Origin: Phoronis australis
Lineage: Eukaryota; Animalia; Phoronida
DNA: 64,000 nucleotides
NCBI GenBank assembly: GCA_002633005.1
Contig: NMRA01000197.1
Coordinates: forward strand, 231,351-295,350
Direction: 5' to 3'
The translations under genes and the position numbers were made by a program. Under the pieces are notes generated by a model, which had not been told where the DNA came from, searched no databases, and was given only the letters and a program-made list of their open reading frames with translations. Below, one piece after another: positions 48,324 through 60,400 of the stretch (position 1 is the stretch's first letter; each line of letters opens with the position of its first letter).

Positions 48324-51164
48324 AGAATCATTTGTAATATATTTTATCAACCATAATTGATTGTGTTTAGCTGGAGACGTTTTTTATTTTTTTTATTTTT
48401 GGGTCCTGGCCCAAGGGGGGGTTAAACCCCCTGAACCCCCCCTCCCGTAGATCCGCCACTGTGTGCTGCAAAAGCGAAGACCCTAACGACAGTGTCCTGG
48501 CCAAGGTCCTCAAAAGGTAAACCATGCACTGATGCAGATTTGTTGAATTTTCTCTCTTATCCGGTTTTCGCAGTTTTTCTTTTCTCGACTGTCCCCGGCA
48601 CCATGCCTATGTCGGTTCGCCCGGTTTAACCCAGGCGCATGAAATTTTTTTTTTTTTTGGGAAAAACAACCAAATGCGGTTTTTGATTTTTAAAAATCGA
48701 CGATCTGATAATCTAAAAACTACAACCATTAGGTACGATTGAGGATAAACTACCGCGCGTATTGATATACTCGGTGGATATACAAACGCTGATCAGAGTT
48801 TACAAGATCACATGGATTCATTTTTTAATATTCTTTCAATCTCGTTTAACCAGATTTTTGACCAGGAACCAGTTGTTGGGCCCACTTTTCATTTTTTATT
48901 ACTGACAAAAGTTAGAATAGTTATATAGTCAGTGCCACCGAAATTGTACAGAGATTCCAAATTTTTAGTTTGGTTATCACCATATTTGCACTTTCGTATA
49001 TATTTTATGATTTGAGCTCTAATAAAGATTAAACTTTAATGACACGTGAAATGCGTACCTGTAATGTGGTAAGTTTAGGGATGGGCTCACTATGAACTTA
49101 ATAAGTAAGTTTAGCTGGCGGTCAAAATCTATTACTGTTTTGGTACTTCAAGTTCAAAACTTAGATAAAAAGTTATCAACCCGTACCCAGTAAGAAAAAA
49201 AAAACAAGTGGCCAGAAGCATTTAAAATTAAATGAAGAAAACCAATATGAAACTTATCGTTCCTTTGGGAAGTGGCCCTTTGTGAAAATAAACACAAGTT
49301 AAACTTTTTAGTCATTTTGTAATATTTATAATGTACCAAGTTAAAACTACTCTCCAGAGTTGCAAGCTATAACTCTACAAATGTCAGAGAAAACCAAACA
49401 ACAACCATTGTTGAGACAGTAATGCTTGCCATTACCTTTTCACTTCATTTGCTCAGATCTACTTCAATACAAAGGGCGCCAGGCATCGTAAAAGTTGTCT
49501 GGGGCTTAGGGTCACCAGTGTAATCGAGAAATTCTCTTCATGCGGCCCGCTAGGCATGTCTCCTCGGAAATAGGATGCTCTGATGTGCATTTCAAGCCTT
49601 TCTCAGTAAAGAGGTTCCTATCAATATTTTACAAATGTTTGTCATAAACAATTCAAGGCGGGACCTTAATTTTTATGGAGCTGGGCCACTGCTGCGCCTC
49701 AATGATGTACTGAATCACCCACCCGCAGCGGCGAAAAGGCACGCACACGGCCGGGTCGAAACTAAATGTAATTAGTAGACTACCCAGTCCCTGTCAGTCC
49801 ACACGAAGTCAAAGAGTGACATTATGTCTTTTTAACCACCGTTGGTCGCCGCAGCCCTGACCCGAACTGCTTGAGAATAGTTAGATTCAATAAGAACCAC
49901 GATTGGCAGTGACAGGAACTGAGTTCATTTGTAAACAATGTAATTTAGTTTTAAGAAGGGTTAAACTTTTGCACACCTTTTGTGTTGAAGTAGAGGTTTT
50001 AAGAGTAGTGAGCGTTCGCAATGTAACCACGGAAATCTTTTCCTTCAAGTTTGTTGCTCGAATGAAGTCTGCGAGGCAGTCGGCACCATTGGCTCTGATT
50101 GACAAGAGAAGACTTTCTTCGTTCGGTGACCAAAGTTTTTATTAAGTCTAGACTTACTTTTCCCTAATATTGTGGTCATGCTCGTCGGGGTTTTTGAGTG
50201 CAAGAAAACACGGTAGTTAAATTAAACTATTAAATGCTTGATTTTTCAGCAACGACGGAGGACTTCCCACAGTGGACTTACACTCGGCGTCATAGTACTT
50301 CATTTTAAAATAATATGGAAACGCACACACGCAGACATGCCAATCCACCAATCCACAATGAAAGTGAACACTCAGTATAGATGAGCAATATATTTGACGA
50401 TCACTTGAACTTTGAAACTGCCTGAACTATGCCAGCAATTAATGTACACCAAAATATCATTTTTTTCTACTGTTTTGTTTCTTGGTCGAATTTAAAGCAT
50501 TCACACCGCACAACTTTTTGGGAGCTCTCTCGCCGCTTTATAGCCTTAAAGAATAGACATTTACATGTACTTCTAGACTACCTTGTTATCCAATGTTGTT
50601 GTCACAACGCGCCTTCTCTGATCGTCTGTACGATCCTGTCATCTACGCAAACACCATTCGGACGAAGTTGGCCGCGTACGGCTCCATGATTACGAGAAGC
50701 GCTTTGAATCAGAAGCAAATTCAAAATTATTACTAACCCAGTTATCATTGCAGCTAGGAGTACCACTAGCTGCAACAATTTCGTTGTTTTGCTCATCCGC
50801 CTCCCATCTTTAACGAATAGGCTGGGGCTGGACCTTTCCTGCGGGGGGTTCGATCAAACCCCCCGAAGCCCCCACTCCCTGGCTACGGGCCGGCAACCCA
50901 CAATGAACTTAGCACGATTTTTTTTCAAAAAGATTTTTTGACCTTGAAGTGTTTTCTTATGGATCGTAAACGATTACGCACCGATAGCTATCATTTTTAA
51001 AAAATCCATTTTCGTATTTAGTTCTCTCTTAGTTTCTTTCAGTTTAAAACAATAACACTAATTGAATAAACGTCAGCGCCTACTATTTGTTACGAGCAAA
51101 TTAAGTTTGACATTTGCCTAACATCGAAACGTCAATCATGCTGCAATCTCGCGTCGTTTTCATT

Positions 51165-51347
51165 CAGAGCTTGGAATGACCAATGACAAAAAGGAAGAAA
51201 AATTGCCAGGTGACATATCGTTGCACAAATGAATAGGTTTGTAAGATAAAGAGACGAAAGAAAGAGGAAACTTAAGTGGAAATCAAATAAAAGGAAATCG
51301 AAACCAAAAAGAGAAAATCCGATTAAAGAGGAAAATTACAAGTTCTG
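51165..51347. mobile_element. Degenerate short MITE of the CAGGGCTTGGAAT family
   Basis: CAGAGCTTGGAATGACCAATGACAAAAA ... GGAAAATTACAAGTTCTG; TSD not intact. Confidence 0.65.
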
Positions 51348-52759
51348 CATTTTGTTTTAAAACTTCCTGCATCTAATTTCATAAAATGTATTTAAGTGAC
51401 GAGTATAACCAGGCGTTCGGTAAAGTAACTAATTTTTTACTTATACCACAAAATTGGTCTATAACGTTTTCTTTACTTAGATGAGATATGATTTCTGGGT
51501 TTGTGACGGAAGGTAAGTTTACACAGAGCCACTTGAGCATGGTAAAGAACAGGCCATTAGCACTGGGTTCTTCCACTAAAAGTTACTGGTATTAGGTGGA
51601 AAGGGATTGAACAGCCATAGGTAGGCGGATAGAATTATGAATTTCCTGGACTGCAACGAAATGAAAGTCGGTCTTGTAAACAGGAAGTCTAAATAAATCG
51701 CTCTTTTGCGAAGTTTAAAGAAATCACACTGTTGGGATGCATTGCTAACCTCATTGAGGAAAACAGTGTATTAGCTACCCCTAACGGATATCCCATACAT
51801 TAAACTAAAAAGAAGACGTGAATGTTTATTGGAAGGTCACATGGCATTTAAGGAATTTGACAAATTATAAATTACTGGATCAAGACAAAGTAATTGCACA
51901 AGTAATTTAAAACAACTGACAACTGATTAACAGAAGACCTTCATTATGTACAAGAAACGTTTACATACAAAATACAGACAAGCAGCTTGACCTAAGCAGT
52001 ACATTTCAAAGGTCACCAAGTCCGATCCTAGTTAAACAGATGGAGGCGCATTATTGCAAGCGCAATGTTGCATCATACTAGGAAAGGTTGCAACATACAT
52101 TAACTGGACTATTTTTCATATTCAGCCTACACGAGTCTAACAGAGTGCGTGTAAATTAAGACAGAAGTTAGGACTATGTTAGCCAAGACCGAACTTTGAC
52201 CTTTGGTAAAGGAGCCCCAGAGCCCGTCAAAACAGGCAGTTGTGCATTTCCCTCACCCAATTGTTAAACTAAAACTCTTAAGTACCCACAAAAATCAGAC
52301 CTGACATCACACACAGCTTTGAACATTAACTGAACCTAAACTAACCGTTGAGGAAGACAAGAAATGCATTTCACCATCACAATCTACTCCCAAAGGCTCC
52401 AAGTACACACTTGCAACAATGAGTTGTGCTAGTGATGATCCTTTGATAGGGAAATTTAGTATAGTATACATGTTCAAAACATGTTCAAGGTAAAGCTCAA
52501 CGAGCATTAACTGGCTATATACAGGCACATCCATGTACACATATACAGGCACACCCATGTACACAGAGAGAGAAAGATGAGTGACCTCAAGAGCCATTAA
52601 GTCGAGGTTTATATGCGGTGCCGATGAGGAAACTGAAGACAATAATCGTTTCCAAATGTAATAATGCCATTCAGAATAAATCATTTTTTAGGAAACTACT
52701 AAATAACACTATTGAACAAACTCTACACTATCTATAGATGAAACATAAGGTAAAAGACA

Positions 52760-52950
52760 AAGTATTCAGACAAAATGACTCAGAATTTTCCGTCATGACA
52801 GTTGGGCAGAAGCTAAATTCATCGTCAGAGTAGTCTCCCCTGATGACCGTCAGAGTAGTCTCCCCTGATGACCGTCAGAGTAGTCTCCCCTGATGACCGT
52901 CAGAGTAGTCTCCCCTGACGACCGAGAATGAAGGGGAATTAACAGAACAG
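52760..52950 (-). repeat. Dispersed repeat (other copies on + at about 8355-8478 and 24772-24865) with an internal 25-bp unit tandemly repeated 4 times
   Basis: Shared TTCATTCTC...GACTA(C/T)TCT...GGCTTC...TTTTGTCTGAAT; CGTCAGAGTAGTCTCCCCTGATGAC units at 52823-52924. Confidence 0.75.
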
Positions 52951-53282
52951 TTAGCAAGGTGGATAAGCCATTCTATTCATCCAACAGGATTAGCCGTCAT
53001 GATAGGAAAATGGTATATCGTCAGATTCCTTTTGTCCTGTACTGTATGCAAATTCTTTGACCCATTAAAATCCCATGCAGCAGACTTCAAAATCATTTTA
53101 AAAACATTCATAAATATTCAACACCTCTTCAAGGCCAAGTATACAAATAAAGTCGCATATGAAACAACTTTCTACGAACGTTATGGCAAGTTAAATATAC
53201 AAATATACATCTAAGTCTGGCCTAGTCTTGTGTTGACTGTCATAGCAACACTAGTCAGTCACTAGCAGTCACCACACGCCTA

Positions 53283-53419
53283 GGTAGAGTTCAGTAACGT
53301 TGGCACCTACACTAGGAACTCGCTAAAATATAACCAAAATCGCGTTTTTATTTGAAATACACAGCAATATCTCACGAATTGTTGCCCTTTAGCAAGGTCC
53401 GAGCATTACTGAACTCTAC
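53283..53419. mobile_element. Small MITE-like inverted repeat in the putative EMC8/9 3' UTR
   Basis: GGTAGAGTTCAGTAA ... TTACTGAACTCTACC. Confidence 0.55.
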
Positions 53420-53554
53420 CCTCGTTCAGTGAGAACAACAGGGCTCCTAGGAGACGTGACTCAATGTGCCAGGTGGCTGAATATCATGCCACTGTTGAAG
53501 AATTGCCAATGCGGGCCTGCACCTCTGTATTACACCAGTCCACGGCTATGTCGT

Positions 53555-53708
53555 TCATGAAGCCTTGTCAATGCGTGCCTGCACCTCTGTGTTGCGCCAA
53601 TCCAAGGCTATGTCGTCCAAGTGGTTATCAAAGTCCACAAGGTCTCTGTGAACACTTTCCTCCAATAACACAGCCAAACCTTCTTGACTTCCAACTTCTA
53701 ATGTAATA
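53555..53708 (-). CDS. EMC8: EMC8/9 last coding exon
   Basis: tttcag|T ITLEVGSQEGLAVLLEESVHRDLVDFDNHLDDIALDWRNTEVQARIDKAS*. Confidence 0.92.
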
Positions 53709-56700
53709 CTGAAAGAGAATGGCAATTGTCCACTTATTTCGCACCTCATTCCTAAATTCTTTTACGAACATCTACTACAAATTACTGCAACAGTAATAAC
53801 GTGGGAAAAATTCTTCTAAAACATGGCACGTCAGTGAAATTCAAGAATTGGAATAGTACCTCATCTGCAAATTGGGCATACCAATGCTAAAATTTAGAAC
53901 TCTGGATAACATGCAGTACTTCTAGGGGTGTTTACTTGTCATAGCAAAAATGGCCATTAGATGGCTCAGAATACGTTAAACTCATTCAAAAAGGGGAAGG
54001 TGCCATCGTCACTCAAAATTATTTCCCAAATTTTATGAAAATCCATCAAAGAACTCCAAAGATACAAAGGCACTAGGCAAACAAAAAAAAACTAACAGCC
54101 ATTAGCAACAGCAGCAATAGTCAAATCTATCCATCTGCTGTCGGGTTAACAGGAATACAATTGCAAAAATTTCAAGAAACATCTTGCAAGGGGTTTAGGA
54201 GATACCGCCGTAGACAACACAAAATATCACTAGGGGGCACCACAGTAGTTCGACAAGTTTGAAAATCCATTTCAGTCAGGCTCTTGTCAGTAGGAGGCGC
54301 CACAGTAGTTGAAGTCATCGTATAAATATGTGGGCCCATAAAAATTGACAATAATTCTTTTATTGGGCTGCCTAACTACTTACATTGACATTTTGAAACT
54401 TACTAATCTGATAAAAGACTACCCCTTGGTGGCTATTTTCAAATGTGAAATGGGAGTTTTCTAAGCAAAAGTTTTGACCAACCCTCACAAAGCAAACAGC
54501 GAAAGTTTTTTCTAAACTGTACCTTTGTGAGTTGCAGAAGTTTCAGAACATAAAGTCTCAGAACAAGAAGTTTTTCAAATACTGTAATGATCTAGTTGAG
54601 GATAATATTTTTCAATAAACAGGAATTTAATGGGTTTTTTTAAAGCATTTAAAAGGTTTGTAACTAAGACTACTGCTTTAATTTGATTCACTTACTAGTT
54701 TAATACACGTTGTTGTGGTGACAAACTAGAAATCTGCATTTTCAAACAAATCCATATGCAAATACATTCTAGACTTGTTTGGGCGAACTACTGATTTATA
54801 TTTGATTAATCATCTTGATACTTATTAAACAAAGTGCAACAGGACACTACATGTAAATATGTAAATATGTCTGAGGGGCACTCTGTTTGTTTAAGTGCGA
54901 GGCGTGGGAGTACACAATCAGAATATATCAGGTCAGTTGTATGAGGCTATTGATTGATACAACAACCAGTGCCGCTAAAACTACAGCCTGAGCTCCGTTT
55001 CATAAAAAGTGACTCGAGACTTAAAGATGCTATGTCTCATTAAAACTGCGAATATTTAAATTTGTAGCAAGCGCCATCTTGTGACTTCCTGGAGAACTCT
55101 GTGTACAAGTGTGATCAGGAAAAGAAACATTTTGTAATTAAAATGCGGTTTTAAAGAAAACACTGGTAACTGGTTCTCAGATGGTTTCCGGCACGTTGAC
55201 AGACCCAGGGTTGTTTGTAAACTAGTACGTCATTTGCTAATTCATAATTCAATGAGACATAGCATCTTTAAGTTAGAAATTTAGTCTGACACTCCACACA
55301 AAAATAGCTTAACATCGATTGAGCTAAAGTGTTAAGTCTGAGAATATGAGCATCACAGCTAGTTACTGAGATAATTTCTACAAATTATTTCTAGAGTGCG
55401 ATGCACTCATATTTACTTGACCATGCCTGTATTCAGCAAGTGTCAAGTAGAAGCGCAAGACCACGTTTGAGCGTGTCACTAACTCAGTACGATAACATGA
55501 GAAAAGCTGCTGACGACAGATACAGAGTAAGCTGAAGGTAACAACAGCGCCCTCGCTTAACTGACTGAAGTTAAAGGTGCCTACAGGTGTCTTCTGAGAG
55601 GACAGTTTTTTGGTTGATATAAAATTTTCCCCATCCCACTCAGCCTAATTTTAACCCACCAATAATCATCTCTCATTGGCAGTGCCTTAAGTGGCCAAAA
55701 CTAAAGTTTTGCTTAAGTGATTTTAACCTTGAAGAGAATTTTTTGGATCCATTGAAAAGAAATTCGCCTATTCACAGGGGAATGATGCCGTTATTCGGCC
55801 CCAAAATCGAGTGATCAAGTGCCTTGTATAATTCAAGATTGTAGCAACAACTGTCACAGTCACCAAAGACACTCATATCAAAGTTGTTTTCTGTTCATCA
55901 TGTCATATACAGTACACTGATCAAAAGTGTTAACTTACACCTTTTACTCAGACAAATGCAAAATAAATCAAAGCCAGACTTACCATTGAAAGAAAACACT
56001 AGCAACACTAGCAACACTAGCTGACAGGTTAGGACGAGCATCAGTAATCTAACAGTTATCTCACAATTTGGTAAACTATGAAACAAAAGAAACATACCTG
56101 TTTTCTAGCCTGTTTATTTTGGTGTCTTTACACTGGTAAACGTCAAATAGATTTTCGTCGCAACAGTACTTATCAAAATTTTCATTATTGATCTGAAATA
56201 AGCAGAATAATACTAAACTTGCAAGTCGCTTCCTTGTGCACTGTTTTAGGCAACAGATGACAAAATCGACGTTTTAAAACATATAAAATCCCTTTCGTGG
56301 GCATTCCTTGCTTCACAACAGCCAATGTCATAATCCAGCCCATTACAACTAATGTATACCATGGGCTTGATGTTTAGGATAACAACAACTCACTAAATGC
56401 AGTCTGGCAAAATTCCAGGTCACCTAATAGGAAACAAGCTGTCGCAGCAACTCGCGAAAATCTGGCAACTTTGTGGCAACTTTGAGTTTTTTTACCGGGT
56501 CGCCAAACAAAATTTAAGATCGCATCGGCAAGATTTGCCCATCGCCAAATCCAGCCCTGACAAAGCAGCGCGAAAATTTAAAGGTATACCTCAGGATACT
56601 CCCCGACTTTAAAGGTGTCTTTAGTTTATAACACTTGCCATTGAAACAGAGGCACATTCTATAATATACAATCTCACCAACTGTGGGTAAAAATGCCAAA

Positions 56701-58273
56701 AATTGCTCTTTTCTCATTTTTCAAACTCTTTTTACAAAAGTTTTCCAAAATGTTGTGTGATGGTATACATCATACAAAACTTGATGAATGCGAAGAATTA
56801 ATTTGGTGAAAACATTTTATTTGAATTAATTTAAAAAAGGAAATTAAATTTCTGCTGTTGGCCATAGTGTGTCTTAAATTGGTGAGATTTTGCAGTGTTA
56901 TGTAAAACTCATCAATTGGCTTACCATAAATAAATAAGCTTCAGCACAATGGTCACTTATCCTGCTCACTGTTTTCCTGGCTATTTCATCATGACTGAAA
57001 GTAAATATACATTGCATGACAAAGTGGTTTAAATGAAGCACAGTTGCCGATCGCTGACAACATAGAAATGAAACGGTAGCGTTGTTTGCATTTAATACCA
57101 AAGCGTTGATGCATGAATACAAGTCATGCAACCACATCGGTGCATCACAAACTTCACACTACCAGCATTGTTTGTCAATTCCATGCAATACTATACTAGA
57201 CTGATTTGACCAAAAGGGATGCTGCAGTAGTTACAATGAACAAAACATTTTATTGGTGTCCTGCTTTAAAGAACCAGCAACTCAAAAACTTATGACTCAT
57301 GGATCTAATTTCTCTACTCAAATTTAGTTTTGACACACACGAACGATTGTGTATTCCTAGTTTGGAAGTGATGACCACAGCATAGAAGTTGTACGTTCAG
57401 AGTCTAAATTCAAAATTTGAGTTTTTACTTTAGTTTGTAGCTTGAATCTAAGGGTGATCAAGTACAGTAGTCCATGTATAGCACAATGTACTCTAGTAAA
57501 GAATAATTAACATATATTGAGTGGCATGCACTGCTCCAGTGAGGCAAAAGTTACATCTGACGAGGGCTTACATCATTTGAGATATCGAGTGAACACACTA
57601 ACAACTGGACAGGATGACCACAATATGCAACTGCATATGTGGGTGAACAATACGCTACTGCATATGTCGGTGCACAATAGAGTGTTAACAGTTTCCTTAG
57701 TTGATGTCGCATTTCATTCTGTTCAACTGGATAAAAGTAACATTAGGTCTTAAATTTTACTCTCATAAAGCCAGTTTCACAATATTCCTCAACAGTATTC
57801 TACTTCCATTAGTAACTGGTAGTGAAAATAAAGTCTTTTCACGGCAACAAATACTACAAGACCAACTTTATGAGAGTAAAAAGCCTAATTTAGATTTTTT
57901 TAAAACAAAAAGATCTAATTAGGCCTTTTACTCTCATGAAATAGGTCTTCTTTCGCCAGCTAAACGAGGCAAAAGACAACTTTAATGAAAAGAACAACCC
58001 TGGAATAAAAATCAGGGTTTTTGAAAATAAGCATTTATTTATTAAGCCAATTATGCCAAGAAAAAAAAAACTCTTCCCATGACCTAGCGACAAAACTGTG
58101 GGAAGTGACCTAATTTATGCGCAGGTTTTAGTGCTCCGAAAAGAGTAAGAGCATTCAAATTAGTGATGGCTTGTACAGTAAACAACTGGAAGTTACCCTT
58201 TGTCTCCTATGCACTCGTTGGCCTGGTAATAACCTGCGATGACTAAATTATTCTCTTGACAATACGCATCCAC
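53555..58273 (-). CDS. EMC8: ER membrane protein complex subunit 8/9 (Neighbor of COX4, UPF0172), 5'-partial. Exons 58273-58197, 56994-56925, 56192-56098, 53708-53555
   Basis: Family motifs VIAGYYQANE and LVDFDNHLDDI..DW.N; four GT-AG exons join in phase. EMC8 versus EMC9 cannot be distinguished from this sequence. Confidence 0.9.
53930..54344 (-). mobile_element. Degenerate HINE-like copy
   Basis: The - strand begins TTTTTATGGGCCCACATATTTAT; CACTAGGGGGCAC core motif on +. Confidence 0.6.
55025..55267. mobile_element. TTAA-TSD MITE (Kolobok-like), 243 bp
   Basis: TTAA|AGATGCTATGTCTCATT ... AATGAGACATAGCATCT|TTAA (perfect 17-bp TIR). Confidence 0.85.
56098..56192 (-). CDS. EMC8: EMC8/9 exon (95 bp)
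   Basis: tttcag|INNENFDKYCCDENLFDVYQCKDTKINRLEN AG|gtatgt; phase fits both neighbours. Confidence 0.82.
56925..56994 (-). CDS. EMC8: EMC8/9 exon (70 bp)
   Basis: tttcag|T HDEIARKTVSRISDHCAEAYLFM|gtaagc. Confidence 0.85.
58197..58273 (-). CDS. EMC8: EMC8/9 exon (77 bp)
   Basis: ttgcag|VDAYCQENNLVIAGYYQANECIGDK GG|gtaact. Confidence 0.92.
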
Positions 58274-59118
58274 CTGCAAGGAGATGACCATCTGTTAATG
58301 CAGAGGAAACAATACTATAACAAGGAAAGACAGAAAAACTACGGCAATTCATCACCAGCTCACCACAAAATATGGCCAACACTAAGTGAAATTCTATTTA
58401 TTATTTATCAACAAAAATATAAATAAAAAAAAATTTGGTCTTCATCTAGTTCTACCATGGTATCTACACTTAATTATAAGTCATAAAGTAAACACTTAGT
58501 AAGACTTCCATTATACAAAAGTAATCAGCATTTGAAAAGTAGAAAGATGACAAATTTTTGGCCATTAACAAGTGGAAAAGTGTAAATTGTGATGATTTGT
58601 GTACGCAGTTGATGAGTGCTTGCAAGACACAAAAACAAGTACTTCTGCAATCTAATAAACAGTGATTGTTCAACAAACTGAATTTAACATAAGTAGTAAA
58701 TAAATTTCCACACGGTTGAAAGTGAATTTGCTAAATATTTACTTGGCGAAATAGAATTTCGCCAAGTATATTGCTCTGACACTAAGTTTTCCCCTTTTTT
58801 GTTTGTTTGCACAGGTTGCACGTTTCGTCCGATTTGCAAGAAATTCACACATAAGCTATAGTCCTGGAAAAGCTAGAAGGCTCTTGCTTTTCGTCATGAC
58901 CGGATTCAAAATGGTGAACGTGGTGGCCATTTTGTTTTCGAATTCAGATTCAATACTCATAGAGGCCGCAATTTTTGACGTACACGGCTGAAAATCAGTA
59001 AGAATATAAAAGCACACAAGTGCTACAAATGTGCCAGAAATAATTCACTTCCGGACAAAGATGGAGGAAATATCAGTCATTGCGCATGGGAACCTCGATT
59101 TCATCACTAAAACAATTA

Positions 59119-60176
59119 CCGTATTCGCCGTAATAACCGCCCAGGGCGCTTAGAAAAGTTCGGTTCAGGGGGGGCGCTTATTATAACCCGAGGCGGTTGA
59201 AACCCGGTCTCCGAAACGGGTGAAATCGGAAGCTAAGATTCATCAAATTTACGCTTTGTGACGCATGTAATCTATGAAAGACTTTCAACAAAACTGTGGT
59301 GCATTGCTATCAAACTTTGCTGCTAAATTACGATCATTTTACAGAAAATTGTGCTGAAATCCCAGGGCGAAAACTCGCCAACTGACTGCTTCGAAATCGC
59401 CGTCTTCGATATGGCGACTTCAATGCTTGAATAAAAATGGTTTCGATAAAGTACCTGAAATCCTCATTAAATTNNNNNNNNNNNNNNNNNNNNNNNNNNN
59501 NNNNNNNNNNNNNNNNNNNNNNNNNNNNNNNNNNNNNNNNNNNNNNNNNNNNNNNNNNNNNNNNNNNNNNNNNNNNNNNNNNNNNNNNNNNNNNNNNNNN
59601 NNNNNNNNNNNNNNNNNNNNNNNNNNNNNNNNNNNNNNNNNNNNNNNNNNNNNNNNNNNNNNNNNNNNNNNNNNNNNNNNNNNNNNNNNNNNNNNNNNNN
59701 NNNNNNNNNNNNNNNNNNNNNNNNNNNNNNNNNNNNNNNNNNNNNNNNNNNNNNNNNNNNNNNNNNNNNNNNNNNNNNNNNNNNNNNNNNNNNNNNNNNN
59801 NNNNNNNNNNNNNNNNNNNNNNNNNNNNNNNNNNNNNNNNNNNNNNNNNNNNNNNNNNNNNNNNNNNNNNNNNNNNNNNNNNNNNNNNNNNNNNNNNNNN
59901 NNNNNNNNNNNNNNNNNNNNNNNNNNNNNNNNNNNNNNNNNNNNNNNNNNNNNNNNNNNNNNNNNNNNNNNNNNNNNNNNNNNNNNNNNNNNNNNNNNNN
60001 NNNNNNNNNNNNNNNNNNNNNNNNNNNNNNNNNGTTACTGTAGCCGAGTTTTAGGACTGTAGGTACGTCCTTGTTCGCATGTACACGTTCATGGACTGGG
60101 CGCTTATTTCAGCAAAGTCTGAAAACGCGTGGGGGGGCGCTTATAGGGGCATGGGCGGTTATTACGGCGAATACGG
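59119..60176. mobile_element. Tc2/pogo-like non-autonomous element with TA TSD; contains the N-gap 59474-60033
   Basis: TA|CCGTATTCGCCGTAATAACC ... GGTTATTACGGCGAATACGG|TA; near-identical to the 37619 copy. Confidence 0.9.
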
Positions 60177-60357
60177 TAGTCCTGTAGAGGGCGCATTGTA
60201 GCACCAATTACTTCGAAATTTTTCATGTATTAGTTTCCTGCAGCTAGCTAATATCGAGTGCTGCTTAACCGGAAGTTGTATACTCTTTCAAATGAAATGA
60301 AACAATTTTTTCTCAGACTTATCGTTTTTGAGTTAGCAAACTTTTTATTCTTCTCCT

Positions 60358-60358
60358 C

Positions 60359-60393
<35 letters not shown>

Positions 60394-60400
60394 CACACAC
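60358..60400 (+). repeat. (CA)n microsatellite
   Basis: About 20 CA units with one interruption. Confidence 0.95.

Noticed and set aside
49430-49500. ANEVK|gtaat and FYDA fragments as a DNAJA2 first exon
   Set aside because: The donor is in the wrong phase, stops intervene, and the flank looks repeat-derived.
50278-50304. ATG AAG TAC TAT GAC GCC GAG T|gtaagt (MKYYDAE) micro-exon
   Set aside because: The phase-1 donor does not fit the phase-0 DNAJA2 exon, and no linking exon with LGV...KK was found.
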